A stretch of DNA of 64,000 bases from Podarcis melisellensis (lineage: Eukaryota): NCBI GenBank assembly GCA_964234715.1, contig OZ174284.1. The stretch is one strand, 5' to 3'. The translations under genes and the position numbers were made by a program. This document shows, one piece after another, positions 11,881 through 24,800 of this stretch. The stretch's first letter is position 1. Each line of letters starts with the position of its first letter. A model generated the notes under the pieces. That model saw only the letters and a program-made list of their open reading frames with translations, made no database searches and was not told where the DNA came from.

Positions 11881-14800
11881 CTATGGAAAAACAAAACAAG
11901 GAGGTTGGGGGGAGAGAGAGAGAGATGTTAGGGAAAGAAACTAAATATTTCCATGCAGTCACCAGAAGAAATCGCACCATTTCCAAGTGTAAATGACAGG
12001 TAAATGCTGAGTCAGAACATAAAGTGAGAGTCAGGGGTTTAACAAGGTGATGCAAACGGAAGCATCAACTGCTGTGCTGAAGTACAGACACCTGCCTCCC
12101 ACTAAACACTACCAAGATACAACAGGCTGCCAAAACACTTTCCCCTTTGGTTGCTGCAGATTATAAAAGCCATCTGATATAATCATGATTCAAAAGTGCA
12201 ATATAGGAAGACTCTTAGGCTGCAAACACAGTAATTCTTAAAGAGAGCTGAAAGTGGCAGGAGACAGGTATTGCTTCCCAAGTTCTCTACATGTGTTTTG
12301 TTTGTTCCAAAGAAGCCTTTACTCCAAAGGCTTTTGGAAAATGTATAAAAACTCTGCAAAATCTTTTTACCAGAGGCAAAAGTACACAGTAGGAGCAGTG
12401 CTTGCATTTTCAAATTACCTTCAGTTCTTGGAGAGGGGAATCTTTCTCATCTGTTGTCTGCCTAAAGTTATCTCGTGTGTTCATGGCAGAGGTAAGATCT
12501 GAAACTGAGATCTTGGTTCACAGATAAGTCCCCTGGCCTTCATGCCACACTAGCCTCTTTACCCTTGGAATCTGATGTTGGAATGCAGCTTTGAAAGCGT
12601 GAAAACCATAGAGGAAAGAGTTCTGTGCTATGCGTACATTGAACCTGGCAGCCAGCATCAGGGGCAGAGTACATCATTTTTGCTCTCGGAGCCATGGTGT
12701 CAGTGTCCTTCATGTCATGTTTCTACTGCTGGTACATCTTAGAGCATTCTTATAATAAAACGAATCTGACTGTTGTGGAATAAGGAAAGGAATTATTTCC
12801 TACAGCTGCCTTCTCCCTGAATTCCTGAACATGCACAACCAGACAAGACACAAGATTCATCTGGGTCCAAGTTGTAAAGATGTAATGGAAATAGAAAAGA
12901 AGAGACTGAATTTTTCTCTGGCATTATTGGCTAAATATTCATTGAGTTACACTGAAGAGGCAGCAGTGAGTATCTTTACAGAATAATAAAAGGCAGGTTT
13001 CAGCCTGAGTGCTAAGCAGGAGCCAGCAAAGAAACACCACAAGCCTGGCCCCATGGGAAAGAATTGAGGAGCCTGGCCGGAGGCGAGTATAACCATGAGA
13101 CATACTCTCCTGTTACTTTTACAGTGCAAATCTATACATTTTTACAGCCACTTTTACAGTGCAAATCTATACATCCTGTGTTTCCTCAAAACACAGGAAG
13201 ATGGAGAACTCCTTTGTACCTAATTCATCAAATTGTCCACTTAACTCAGAACTGTCTACTCTGACTAGTAGTGAATCTCCATATTCTCATGGATCAAGAT
13301 TGTACCTGCTCCTTATTTTTTAATTGAAGTTTTTGTGTGGCAATTCTTGTAATAATACAAATTAAAGGACATTAAAATAAAAGAATAAAATAAAAGGGAG
13401 ATTTAAAATACGGAAGGGGGTAGTAGGTTGAGGTGTTTTGACCATTTAAACTGGAAAGGCATCCATAGCAGTGACCAAAGGAGGAATGACCACTGAGAGG
13501 AGCACAGATAGAAGAAATACCATGGGGCATCTGCAGCAGCACAATGAGATATCTTCATCTGCCCCAGCTGCAACAAAACACGTCTCTCCCATATTGATCT
13601 CTACAGCCACAGCAGGCGATGTAAGCCTCCAATAGTTTGACTTCATCCCCAAAAGTGCACTCCTACATTGTCTTCTGAAATAGACGGATGCCAACAACAA
13701 TTCTACTACTATAGATCCATCCTCACGGATCTATCATGCCCCCAATGGGCCTTATTTCCAGGTAAATACGCACAGGACTGCAGCCTATGTCACTCCTGTG
13801 CCATTTCTCTTTTTTGACCCAGTACTGGTGAGGTGGATTGCAAAGGTGAAAAAGGTAAGACAAAAGACAACCCAGTCTAAAATTATCAGCAGTTGCTGTG
13901 CTGGAGGGGTAGGATTTATTTATCTTTAATGGAGTGGGCTCACGTAACTCTTTCAGTAGTACAGTAAAGAAACTATCAAGTCTAAAAAAAGTAAAATAAA
14001 AATAAAACATTAACTTTAAAAATAGGTTTCAAGATGGCACAGGTATTTTGGTACAAGAAGGAGTATATTATTCACCAGTGAAATCGTAGAAACAATAGGT
14101 GCATGCAACACAGCAACACTATTCAAAACAGCAGTGCTTATTGCTGTGGAGTTGCTTGTAAAAGGAATAATTACCTACATTTCTCCAGGACCTGGTTCTA
14201 AACATTTTGAGGGCTGGAATACTGCAATCACCACTACCCTCCTCCTCCAATTTTACTAGTTCCTGAGCACTTACCCATGAAAAACCCATATTATTTGGTG
14301 AGGACCTGCAACTAATATCCCTCTGGTGCTATTTGATGGGAAAACATCATAGGCTGTAAATGAGGCTGTTTGCAGATTTGGTTTAAAAGACATTCTGCCT
14401 TTGTACACAGGGTAAATTCCCTGTTATCCCTTGAAACCATTCAAGTGAAAACCATTTCCTTTATCACAACTAGATCATATCACTGGCCTGCAGCTTTCTT
14501 ACAACTCTTTAGTGGATAATGCCAGAACAACAAACCTTAGAAGAACATGAAAGTACTAAGCATTTCATGTTTTCACCAGAAGAAATCTAAATCCTGGCAG
14601 ATTGTGCAAAGGGAATGAAAAACATGGCAAAGAAGAATCTGTTTTCCATCCATCCTACAGAATACACAAGTAAATCCCACTGCATTTAGTAATTAGCAGG
14701 AGGGTCAATACAATACAGTTATGTCAAAAGTGAAGATTACTAAGTAGTTAATATGCTTCATATCAACAGATGGAGAAGGTAGATAAATGGTGTGGGGGGG

Positions 14801-16140
14801 GGACAGGGAAGTTTGTGTGCGAGTGGAGTGGGAGTAGGAAGCAAGCCAAAGTTCAGGGCTAGCCATGTAGTACATTCTTGTACAGCAATTTGTACTCAAG
14901 CTACCGATACCAGATATGGCACTTGTCACTGTTCGGGCTGCATGCATTTATGCATAGGGTGCATGCGTAAGAGCATAGGAAAAACCATGCTGAATCACAG
15001 TGACAAACCAAATGCCAATGAGAAACCTGCAAGCCAAAGCTGAGTGCAACAGAATTCTCCCCACCTGTGATTCCCAGCAATTGGTATTCAATGGCCTCTA
15101 ACAGTAAGCTTCCCTTGGATTAAAAAGCAACTTACCATGTGGAAAGGAAGGCAGGAAGAAAGGAAGGTGTTCGAGAACACAATGAAAAGCCCCTTTCAGT
15201 ACACCAAACTAGCTATATGGATCCCAACCTATATTATACTGTATTAGTTCTCTATCACTTGCAGCTTGTCCTTCAAAAACATGCAGAAATGGAAGGGACA
15301 CATCTTCTTTCCTAGTCACAATTTTACGTAATTTAAAAGGGACACATTACGTAATTTAAAAGGGTATCTCTACCCAGGTAGAAATGTTTGTGAGAGAAGC
15401 CAGATATAGAAGGCCTCAGACCAGGGATATCCTGCTAGCAGCTTGTGGGCCAGATCAATCCCCAAAAGCAGTTTGGAACTTGACAGCCCTATGTAACTTA
15501 AATGACGACATGGGGTAACCTTTGCCAAGGGTTGTAAGGAAAATGTTTTCAAAAGGTGTGAGTCTGAGAAATTGACATTTAGGTTCTCTGGCTCACATTT
15601 TCTGAATTTATTTCAATAAATGCTTCAGTAAAACATCTGCCCATATGTACTTCTTGAACAGCAAGATTAACATATGAGAAACGTGGGCAGGTAGGATATG
15701 GCCTTTTCCATTGTGGCATGACAACTGTAGAACACCTGTTCAGGGGAGATGCCAACTGTCTCCATCACTGCCCAGAATCTGTCAGGCACCAAAGGATGTG
15801 CATTTCAGTTGGCCTTTGGGGGTATATTGATTTATCTATGTAAATATAAAAGCTTGTTAGCCTAGCATCAATGCTTATGACCAAGAAGGAGGGTCACCAC
15901 TCCTAGATCTTTCTTTGGTGGCAGAGTAAACCAATAATTTTGGAAAGGAAGATTTCATTACATGTCCCCTAATCTGAGTAGGTTTCAGTTGGGATGTTTT
16001 GGAACACAGTAGGCTAATGGGAGCCAGTTCTTGGAACCACCTTCACATACAATGGTTTTGTAATCTTGGACCCTATTACTGCAACCCATTTTTTCATGCC
16101 ATCAAGATCTTGTCCATTGTCCCACTGGTTTCAGACTACA

Positions 16141-16209
16141 GGAAGGAAGGAAGGAAGGAAGGAAGGAAGGAAGGAAGGAAGGAAGGAAGGAAGGAAGGAA
16201 GGAAGGAAG
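16141..16209 (+). repeat. (GGAA)n microsatellite
   Basis: About 17 perfect units read directly. Confidence 0.97.
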
Positions 16210-16489
16210 TTCTGTTGTGCAGTTCCATCTCTGAGAGTGAGAGAGAGACAGAGACAGAAAGATGGCTCCTTTGCACCATAATGGCTAAGAAAACTGGTCC
16301 CAGTTACTGTAAGTTAACTGACAATTATAACACATACAAATCCCTCAAAATCTGAACCCATTATGCCTTCTTGGAGGACTGCAAAAATTAGTTACTTAGC
16401 CTGGCTTTTAACAGCTAGTGCTAAGCCTATTCACACTGCACATAGTTAAACTTCAAAATTTGCTGCCACAAGATATAAAAATGGCCTCC

Positions 16490-16762
16490 AGTATGAATGG
16501 CTTTGAAAAGGGATTAGACAAATTCCTGAAGACTAAGGCTATCAATTACTACTAGACATGATGACTATGCATGACCTCCAGCATTAAAGGTATTAGACCT
16601 CTGAAGCAGTGTTCTAGTTGCTGGGGATCATGGGGAGGAAAGTGCTGTTGTGCTATTGTCCTGCCTGTGGAACCACAGATATCTGGTTGTGCACTGTGGA
16701 ATAGAGTGCTGGAAGAGATAGGCCTTTGGTCTGATCCAGCACAGCTTTTCTTATGTTCTTAT
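16490..16762 (+). mobile_element. CR1 LINE 3' end fragment
   Basis: GGCTTTGAAAAGGGATTAGACAAATTCCTG...GGCCTTTGGTCTGATCCAGCACAGCTTTTCTTATGTTCTTATG, a typical CR1 ORF2 end, 3' UTR and (TTCTTATG)n tail. Confidence 0.75.
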
Positions 16763-17514
16763 GGCAGTGGTAATTTAAATTTCATTGGGTGTTCTGTATT
16801 GCATTGTTACCCATCATGAACCTTGGGATGCAGCAGGATAAAAACTGAACTTAATGAAGTCTTGCTGCAGAATGTTTTTCTAATTTTACTAACTCTTTGA
16901 AAATAATTTTCACTTTGTCCATGCTGCAAGCTCTATTCCTTTCTACCTGGTTCAATACACTCCTGCCTCCATTATTCTGCCATGGCAGTTGGTTTGCCTT
17001 TTAAAAAGGGCATCATTTCATAAAGGAGGACCTGAGAGTAACCAGAAAGAGACCTCTTTTTATCTATTTTATCCTTTTAGTAAGTGAAAAATGTCTGCCC
17101 ATCAAGTGCTTGTCCTATTGTTGCTGAATGTCTAAGAGCCATTATACTTAAAAAGTAACTTCAGAACAGTCTAAAAATAATTAAAAATGGAAGTAAAGCA
17201 AATACAATCTAAAAAAAGGAGAGGTGACATTGGAGGGAATGCAGTTAGAGCAGATAGGATGAAGGGTAATTCTTGCTGGACTAAGCTTTGGGGAGGGAAA
17301 TCGAGGGCAGAAGAAAGATGTTTGAAAGAAATTAAAATTTGCAGGAAACAAAAAAGGACATAATATGAAAGATTTCATAGAGGTAGCTGAGCAGGTCCTC
17401 CTGGACTGATACCCAATCTACACATTATGCAGACTGAGGTGACTGACTAGGGATGGAGGAATTATAGCAGGGTGTTTGTACAGGAATCATATTTCTTCAT
17501 ATTGTGTCGCTCAG

Positions 17515-17595
17515 TCTCAGCCCTATCTAGGGATGCTGGGGATTGAACCCAGAGCCTTTTGCATCCAAACAGATGCTCTACCATTGAGCTATGAC
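17515..17595 (-). mobile_element. Squam3-like SINE head
   Basis: Reverse complement CATAGCTCAATGGTAGAGCATCTGTTTGGATGCAAAAGGCTCTGGGTTCAATCCCCAGCATC contains Pol III A and B boxes. Confidence 0.7.
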
Positions 17596-18049
17596 CCTTC
17601 CACCATAGGCTACTTTTTCTGCCAAGCTGTTGTAGCTGCTAGCTCTTTATCCAGAGTCAAGTTTCAGTCCATCTTGGAGACAAACTGTATTTTCTCCTTT
17701 CTGCTTTCCAGGTTGCCAAAGAGCCTGGGTGCTGTCTTCCACTCTGGCCCCTTAACCCCCTACTCTGTGCCTATTCCAAACCCTATTGAAAAACTAGCAG
17801 GCAGGCAGCCAACTCCTTCACTTTTCACTGTGTTTTTTTATTGTGCACAATTAGTCTCCTTTCTTCCCCATACCTCCCGCTGCTTCATAACAAGGGGAAG
17901 AAAGGAAGGAGGATGCTTAAATCCCTCCTGATTATCTGCTCCTGCTTCTCAAAAAGGGGTGAAGGGAGTTCAAGCAATACAAAAGCACCTGCTGTTTCCC
18001 AAGGAGAAGATGAGGGTAATTCTGAGCTTTCAAGCTCCTGACAGACTCT

Positions 18050-18506
18050 AAGACTGTAGATGTTTTGAGAGTAGATTCTGCTTGCTTGTCTGGGTCGGCT
18101 CCTTCTCACTGGGTGAGCCTGTGTGTCTGAATGTGCATGCATGCTCCCCCCCTCTCTGTCTGTGTGCACTGCTGCTGTCATCACAGATGTACCCCCAGCT
18201 GTCACTCCACCCTGCTCCGTCTCTTCCTCTCTCTTCCTCTCTTCCCTCTCCTCCCCACTTGGCGCTTTCTCGATTATTCAGCTGACTGCCGGCCCTATTG
18301 CACACAGCTATCTCCCCTTTACTCCACTGCTGCACTTCCGATGGTTCCAGAGTCTTGGCATCATGCAGGGCGAAGGGGGATGATGCCGAGCGGCGCTTTA
18401 CGAACGCTTGCCTGCCTGCCTGCACATCGCTTGCACAGAAACGTTGGGATACCCACAACAGGGTTTGGCAACTCTAAAGAGACTCCATCCCAGCCAGCGG
18501 AGAACT
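18050..18506 (+). promoter_or_regulatory. Candidate distal promoter / non-coding first exon of LRTM2
   Basis: Repeat-free, pyrimidine-tract-rich and locally CpG-enriched segment ending at a plus-strand donor AACT|gtaagt (18507). The start coordinate is approximate. Confidence 0.45.
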
Positions 18507-19802
18507 GTAAGTAGCGGATCTTGTCTCTGTGGTACCATCTGACCGCTGGGAAAATTGCTTCCACTTGTCTGCCCTTTGCCATTCTGTCCAGAGGGTATTC
18601 ACTGATTTAGGGAGGGATTTACGAGGCTGATGGATCAATCTCCCTCACTTTCTGTGTGCATGAAAAGGCAATTCTGAGGGAGAACACAAATGACCAAACC
18701 CACGGACCAGTCATTTGATTGACAGAGTGGCAGGTGATGATGAGTCCAGTGCGGATAGTTGTGGATAATCAAAGTCAGATGCAGAGGGCTGGAAGAAATA
18801 GTGCCTGCCAGCCAGTGATAAGGCATAACGCTTCCTCAGTGGCAAAGATAGTTATAGCCTCAGAGAATAGGCACTGTGAGGGTCACTAGTTTGGATCGCC
18901 GTTGCTTATGCCTACCCCATCTCCCTGAATACTGGATCTTCTTGCATTCCCATCAAGAACAATTTCATATGGAAACTTGCCCAGAAATAGAGGGGTGGAG
19001 GGAGGAGAGAAGTACCACTTTAACTAGTGACAGTTTTATAGGCACAATTTCTAGACTGAGTTGCTTCTTTAAAAGAAAGAAAGAAAGCTGGGCAAAACGA
19101 AGATACGGACAAGGAATACGAAGGAAGAAAAAATGAGTATGTTTGTGGACTAAGAGCTTGTCCATAGAAAGTTCAGATGCCAGCAAAGAAGATTTTAATG
19201 TGATAAGGCACTTTCTCTTGGATTTGTTTTTTTGTGCCCCTGTTCCACTGATGCACCACATGAGAATCATGCTACAAAACATGAACCAAGAGATGCCGTG
19301 CTGCAAGAGGAGCCAAAAATAGTTGTCTCATCCCTTCCCCCCTCCCACTGCTGCCCTGGAGGCTGGTCCCGGAAATCAGTGAACCTTTGTGAAGGTGTCA
19401 TGCTGGTGGAAGCAGGGGGAGGAAAAGGGCACAGGCTACCTTTTTGTAGTTTTTGATACATAGGAAGGATTTACTCAGAAGAAAGCAGGAGGCACTGAGA
19501 GGAAAAGCAGGGAGAAAAAGGGGGGAGGGGAGGGCTTTCTAATCATTTCCTCTGTGTGTGTCTGCCTGTGTGTGTGTGTGTTTGTGTGTGCGCGCAAACA
19601 AGATCAGAGAAATGTGTGTGCTGAATGAGACAGGGCGCACACATGCATCTCTTATTCACAGCAGCCTGCCACAATGCATCCATTTCATTGCCTGTCTTTA
19701 TTTATTTTAAAATTAAAGTAGGAATTGTTTGGACCTCAGCTGATTTCTAGACCTACTTACCATGCAGCGTATGGAAATGTTGTTCTATGGTATTGCAGTT
19801 TG

Positions 19803-19803
<1 letters not shown>

Positions 19804-19855
<52 letters not shown>

Positions 19856-19893
19856 TTTTAGACCCTCACCCACTGAGAGCCTCTTTTTTATTT

Positions 19894-19950
<57 letters not shown>

Positions 19951-19960
19951 ATCTATCTAT
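19804..19960 (+). repeat. Adjacent (AAT)n and (ATCT)n microsatellites
   Basis: (AAT)~17 at 19804-19854 and (ATCT)~15 at about 19896-19960. Confidence 0.95.
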
Positions 19961-20547
19961 CAGAACAACCCTGTTAGGTAGGCCAGTATTATGATAGCCA
20001 TGTTATGTGAGGTGGACGATAAGGTTAAGAGATAGTGGCCTCTTTTAATGGGCTCATATTTCAGATTGAAACAGGGGTTTCCAAGCTTATATATTACCCT
20101 CTTCACCACCAGTAAAAGGCTGGAAAGTCAATAGTGGGTGGAGCCAGAGCCAATTAATTCTAGTTTTGTCTCCATCTTTCTCTCTGCTGAGTTTATCGAG
20201 GGCAACACTGAGATTAAGGAGGAGGCAGCCAATAGGAAATGCTACCCACTGGATTGGTTTTAAGTAAAAAGGCAAGTGGTTGAGGGCAGACTAAGGTTGG
20301 TGGGGCACTACCCTGCTTGCCACAAGGGACAAGCCCCTCCATTGTTTACCATGCCACCTTTCAAAAATCTGGATCTGAACTTTCCCCATACTTTGAGAGA
20401 GTTCTGGTAATGGGTTCTGTCCCGTTTTAGTCATAAATCTAGTCGCAAACAGGGTCAGTATATCTTACCCTCAAATAATTCTCTGCAACTTGTGAATTTC
20501 AGGGAAAAAAACTTAGGAGTTGGTTCAAAGCTGGGGAAGCAGGGACA

Positions 20548-20568
20548 GATGCTGTCCAAGGTGCTGTT
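20548..20568 (-). promoter_or_regulatory. RE1/NRSE (REST-binding) element
   Basis: Minus strand AACAGCACCTTGGACAGCATC matches 16/21 positions of TTCAGCACCATGGACAGCGCC. The core CAGCACCnnGGACAGC and canonical 2-nt spacer are intact. Confidence 0.65.
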
Positions 20569-21614
20569 ATACAATAGAAAGGGGGATACTTTGCACACTA
20601 TAGAACACATTGACAGATTTGTCACAAAGGTCAGAAAACTAGGGGCTCCTCCTCTTTTGTCAGCTGAGGTCATTCCAGAAGCAGAGACCACTTTGCTCTG
20701 GAGCTTTGCTGCTAGGGTCCATTTTGTAAGACTGGATTGTTCTGCAACTGCCGAGAATGAACAATGTTTGCTAGTGGATTATTTCAAGTGAGTGAAGGGC
20801 CCGAGGGAATTGTATCCCAGATTGACATTATTGCAGACACTATAAGCAGTCACCATTCTACCCAAGGCAGTTAAAATAAATCCAGATAAAGGATCTGCAT
20901 AGAGGAAAGCCCAAACAATTTTGTCGTCTCCTAGTAGCATATACTTGCTTTCACTCTGAAAACTGCCTGCCTACTAGTGCACTGAATTAGGATTTATGAT
21001 TCCTTAATAATAAGATGTCTCCCTTTCAATATTTCAAACCTCCATTAAGTTATTTTCTAAGCCTTCTGCAGCACTCAGATACTGTGGTAGGAGGTGTGAA
21101 CATGTCAAAACTCAAACATGGAATGGTGGGTGATGTCTAGATGAAAGCATATGGTATATGATGACAGTACTGAAGGAAGAGAGGAAGTCAGTTATCGCAT
21201 GTGTGAAGATGTAATAACCACATCAGCACCAAGCAGCCCCTCTGTTCCCCGAAGGCTAACATAAATGAGGCCCTCTTTTGCTTATTTTGGTATCAGGGTA
21301 CAAATTCTTTTCCTGGGTACAATTTGTCCTGCTACAGTCTCTCCATTGGAGCCAGAGTCCTAAATTGCCCTCAGTAGCACCCACCAGAAACTTAGTGGTG
21401 AAGATATAACTCCACCTGCAAAATCCTACGCATGTTTACTCAGAAGTAGTTGGGTTCCCAAGTACGTGTGTACAGGATTGCAGTCTAAGTCTCTTAAAAG
21501 TAGACAAATCCTTCAGGACTGGCAAAGTGGGAGCATCCACAAGCATTTTATATACTTCAATCTTGTGGAGTCTCAAAATATGAGACCTGGATACATTGGC
21601 CAGTTCACAAAGCA

Positions 21615-21800
21615 TTAGGAATATAGGATACTGCCTTACACTGAGTCTAACCATTGGGTCCATCTAGCAAAGCACTGTCTGCACTGACTGGCAGTAGTTC
21701 TCCAGCATTTCAGGCAGGGAGCTCCTGCAGCAATATGTAGAGATGCTGGGAGTTGAACCCAGGGGTATTTTCCATGCAAATCATGCACCACTGAGTCATG
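21615..21800 (-). mobile_element. Squam3-like SINE, near full length, degenerate
   Basis: TAGGAATATAGGATACTGCCTTACACTGAGTCTAACCATTGGGTCCATCTAGC...CACCACTGAGTCATGG is the reverse complement of a tRNA-head SINE ending ...AAGGCAG..CCTAT.TTCCTA. Confidence 0.7.
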
Positions 21801-24800
21801 GCACTTCCCTTGAAGGCATGGGCTGTGAGGAAAGAGGATCCATTCTGATGAGCCATATGGCAGCATTTCAAAGCACTTCCCACTTCCCTGATGGTCTCTT
21901 AATTGTCCTTCTGAAGCAGTTGGCTTTAGTGTGTATCACATGGGTTCTGCACAGGCATCTCAAGGAACACTCTGGGGGGCTAGAATGTCCCCTGTGGAAC
22001 CTGCTGGAGATGCTTAAGGCTTCTTCCGAGTTGTGGCATGCAGTGTGCTTATACCACAGCGGTTAATCAAGTGAAGCAAATTCATGAAGCTAATTGAGGC
22101 AGAAAGAGGAATAAGCAAAAGTCCTTTTCAGAGTTCAGTATAAATATAGTGCAATTTAAGGAGGAGGGTGAGCCTTCCTCTGGGAACTTTGCTAGCAGCT
22201 GTAAATGCAGATTTAAAAAACCCCTTAGGAATGAAAAGTGGCTGCCATATTATTGTTGACATCTTTTGCTATTCCATATCTTGATGTCTGTGGTGATGAC
22301 TTTATGCGCGGAAGCCCCCACAAAACACAGAGGCAGCTATCCAGCTTCTAACAGACTTCGAGTCTGAAGTGTGGCCCTTCGCTATTCGCTCACTCTTCCG
22401 AAACTGCCTTTCTCCTTGGCTGGCAAAATGGCTCACAGCTTTTCATATGCTGTTAACTCTGATCAGATGGGAGACAGGAAAAGTGAGGCCAATTGGACTA
22501 GGGTGAAGCATACTGGAATTAAGGATTGATAAACTAGAAAGCTTTCAAAGTGTCAAGATTCTCATTGTGAAGTTCTGCTCCCAGAAATGAAAGTGCCATA
22601 TGTAACAAAGAACCATTTGGGCCTTTTTCTCTTGTAATTTTTGGTAGGAAAACAGCTGCCCCTCAAATATGCAGAAGCCATGTATCCTTTTAATGATGCA
22701 TTTCTGCTTACAGGGATATTTAAATTGCAACTCTGTCATTGGAAAATGTTATGTTTAACACACACCCCTGCTTGCACACTCACCAGATTTATGAATGCTT
22801 TGTGGAACACAACTGTTTCCCACCCACCGCACCAATATCTGACCACTTTAGAGTGTTTAATTATCAAGAATTTAATTGCTCCCACATGGCCTCACTCAAA
22901 TGTGTGAGCTTTTATCTCTTTTTCAAAAAGGTGAATACCAGCTCCTTCCTCATAGCCCTACCATTCTGTGGCCATTTGCTTTAAAAAATTGATTATATTT
23001 ATTTTCATGGGAGGTTGATGCTATCTTTCTCCAGTGCTATGATTCTGTGTTGACTGGGATTCCCTTCCTTCCCTCCCCCAAATTCTTCCTGGCAGCAAGT
23101 CTTCCGAGTATGCATGAAGTAGGATTAGTGACTAGCACTTTGGCATCATGATATTTATGCATATACTGAGGACAATTTTGTTTAAGAAAGCTTTATGTGA
23201 CCCAGTCACTTATCAAACATTAAGTTTAGATCTGTAGAAATTGTATTGTTTTTCGACTCTGTAGGAATTGTTGTATTGCTTTAGAATTTGTGGAAATGGT
23301 TTTATTGGGCTGTTGTTTTTTAGAACTAGCAGGTTTTGTATGTGTTGCATTTCATTTTTATCTTGTTGTATGCCACTTTGATGACTTCAGGCTGTGAAGC
23401 AGTTCATGAAGTTGTAAAATAAATAAATAAATCTAATACACATTTCGGAAAGTTGTTTGTTTGTATCTGGACATCTGTCAAGATATCACAACCAGATTTT
23501 GCATGGTAGTTCCTGATACCAAGGAGAAGGTTTTCTTCTGTGTTTGGATACAATTGGATCAAGATGACAGACTGAATTTTTCAGAACTGCATTATTTTAA
23601 CCACCAGTTTAAGAACTGCTATGATTGTTTGCTTTCTTGGAGTTCCCAAGGTACAAGATATGAGGTTGCAGGTAATAAATAATGGCCTATCACTAGGGGC
23701 TAGAGATAATACAGCACTATGGAAAAACTCTAAAGGTTTTTGTGGCCTATTGCATCATGCTTTGCGCTGTTTTAAACTAGCATAAACAATAGGCTGTACA
23801 CATCAAAAGTTTTCTTGTGATTGCACAGCATGGGTTCTGTAGTCTAAAGGCAGATAAGTGCTTTGCTTGGGAGAATGAAAATGGATTGGTGTGAAAAAAC
23901 TAAAATGCCACAATAATAGTTTGTTTGGTGCAAGAAAGTGGTCAAAATATTTCAAGAATCCATGTAAATAGACGTGAGAAATTTGAAAGAATATGGATAT
24001 ATTGAATGCTTTTTTGCTTAAGGATAAGTGGATTCCTCATAAGTACTATGTCATATTTCAGAATGGCTGCCCGAGTTTCAAATCAGAATTCAGAAGCAAT
24101 GCAGTAAGAATATTTGTTGGGAATGGGGGTTGGAAGTCTTGTTTTTCCCAAGGCTCATATTGGGTCACCACCACTTTCTGATTCATATTCCCTTTCTTGC
24201 TGTGATGACTTATGGTACATAATAAATATTCATTTGTTCTCTGATTTAAAAACCACACTTTCATATGTACTACAGAAAGGGTCCACACATAGCCACATGC
24301 CATTTCTGCTCCTATCTATGCCATCTCATTCTGCCATCTATGCCTTTCTGTTCTGCACAGCAGTCAGTGTTCTTTATATATTGCACCGCACACTGGAGAT
24401 ATGCTAGCATGAAATGCCACATGCATAAAGGGAACAGGTTATATGAAGCTTTTCTGACTCTGGAATTGCTTGCCCCCCTGTATGATTTAATAAGAACAGG
24501 CAGGTGTTGTCATGGAAATCTGCTTATTTGCCTCCAAGCTCAGACACAGTGCCAGAAGTCGCAGCAGGAGTTTTCTAAACAACAAATGTGCCACAGGGCA
24601 AAGGTGTGGTCTAGTAGACTGAACACTAGGCAACAAAAATGAAGGGCTAAAGCATTTTAATCTAAAATCTTATATCAAAGTTGAAGCCCAGATTTAGGCA
24701 CTGCTTGAACCGTCTCTCCCTTTTCTCACACTGCTCCTTCTTTAAATCTGTCCTTGTCTTCATGAACAATAAGTGTACTCCTGATGTACATTTGAAGACC

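Noticed and set aside
13114-13174. Short local direct duplications (25 bp here; also about 15324-15364, 42307-42337, 53649-53680)
   Set aside because: Ordinary replication-slippage duplications with no sign of function.
15999-16355. ORFs with RKEG/KERK/NNNN/YLSI repeats (also 19762-19977, 55940-56208)
   Set aside because: They are translations of microsatellites.
17515-17595. tRNA-like sequences (also about 1260-1320, 21740-21800, 33495-33550, 37580-37645)
   Set aside because: They are degenerate SINE heads followed by SINE body sequence, with no intact cloverleaf.
21223-21240. TCAGCACC RE1 left half-sites (also near 3641, 9172, 10369, 53953)
   Set aside because: No GGACAG right half-site at canonical spacing.
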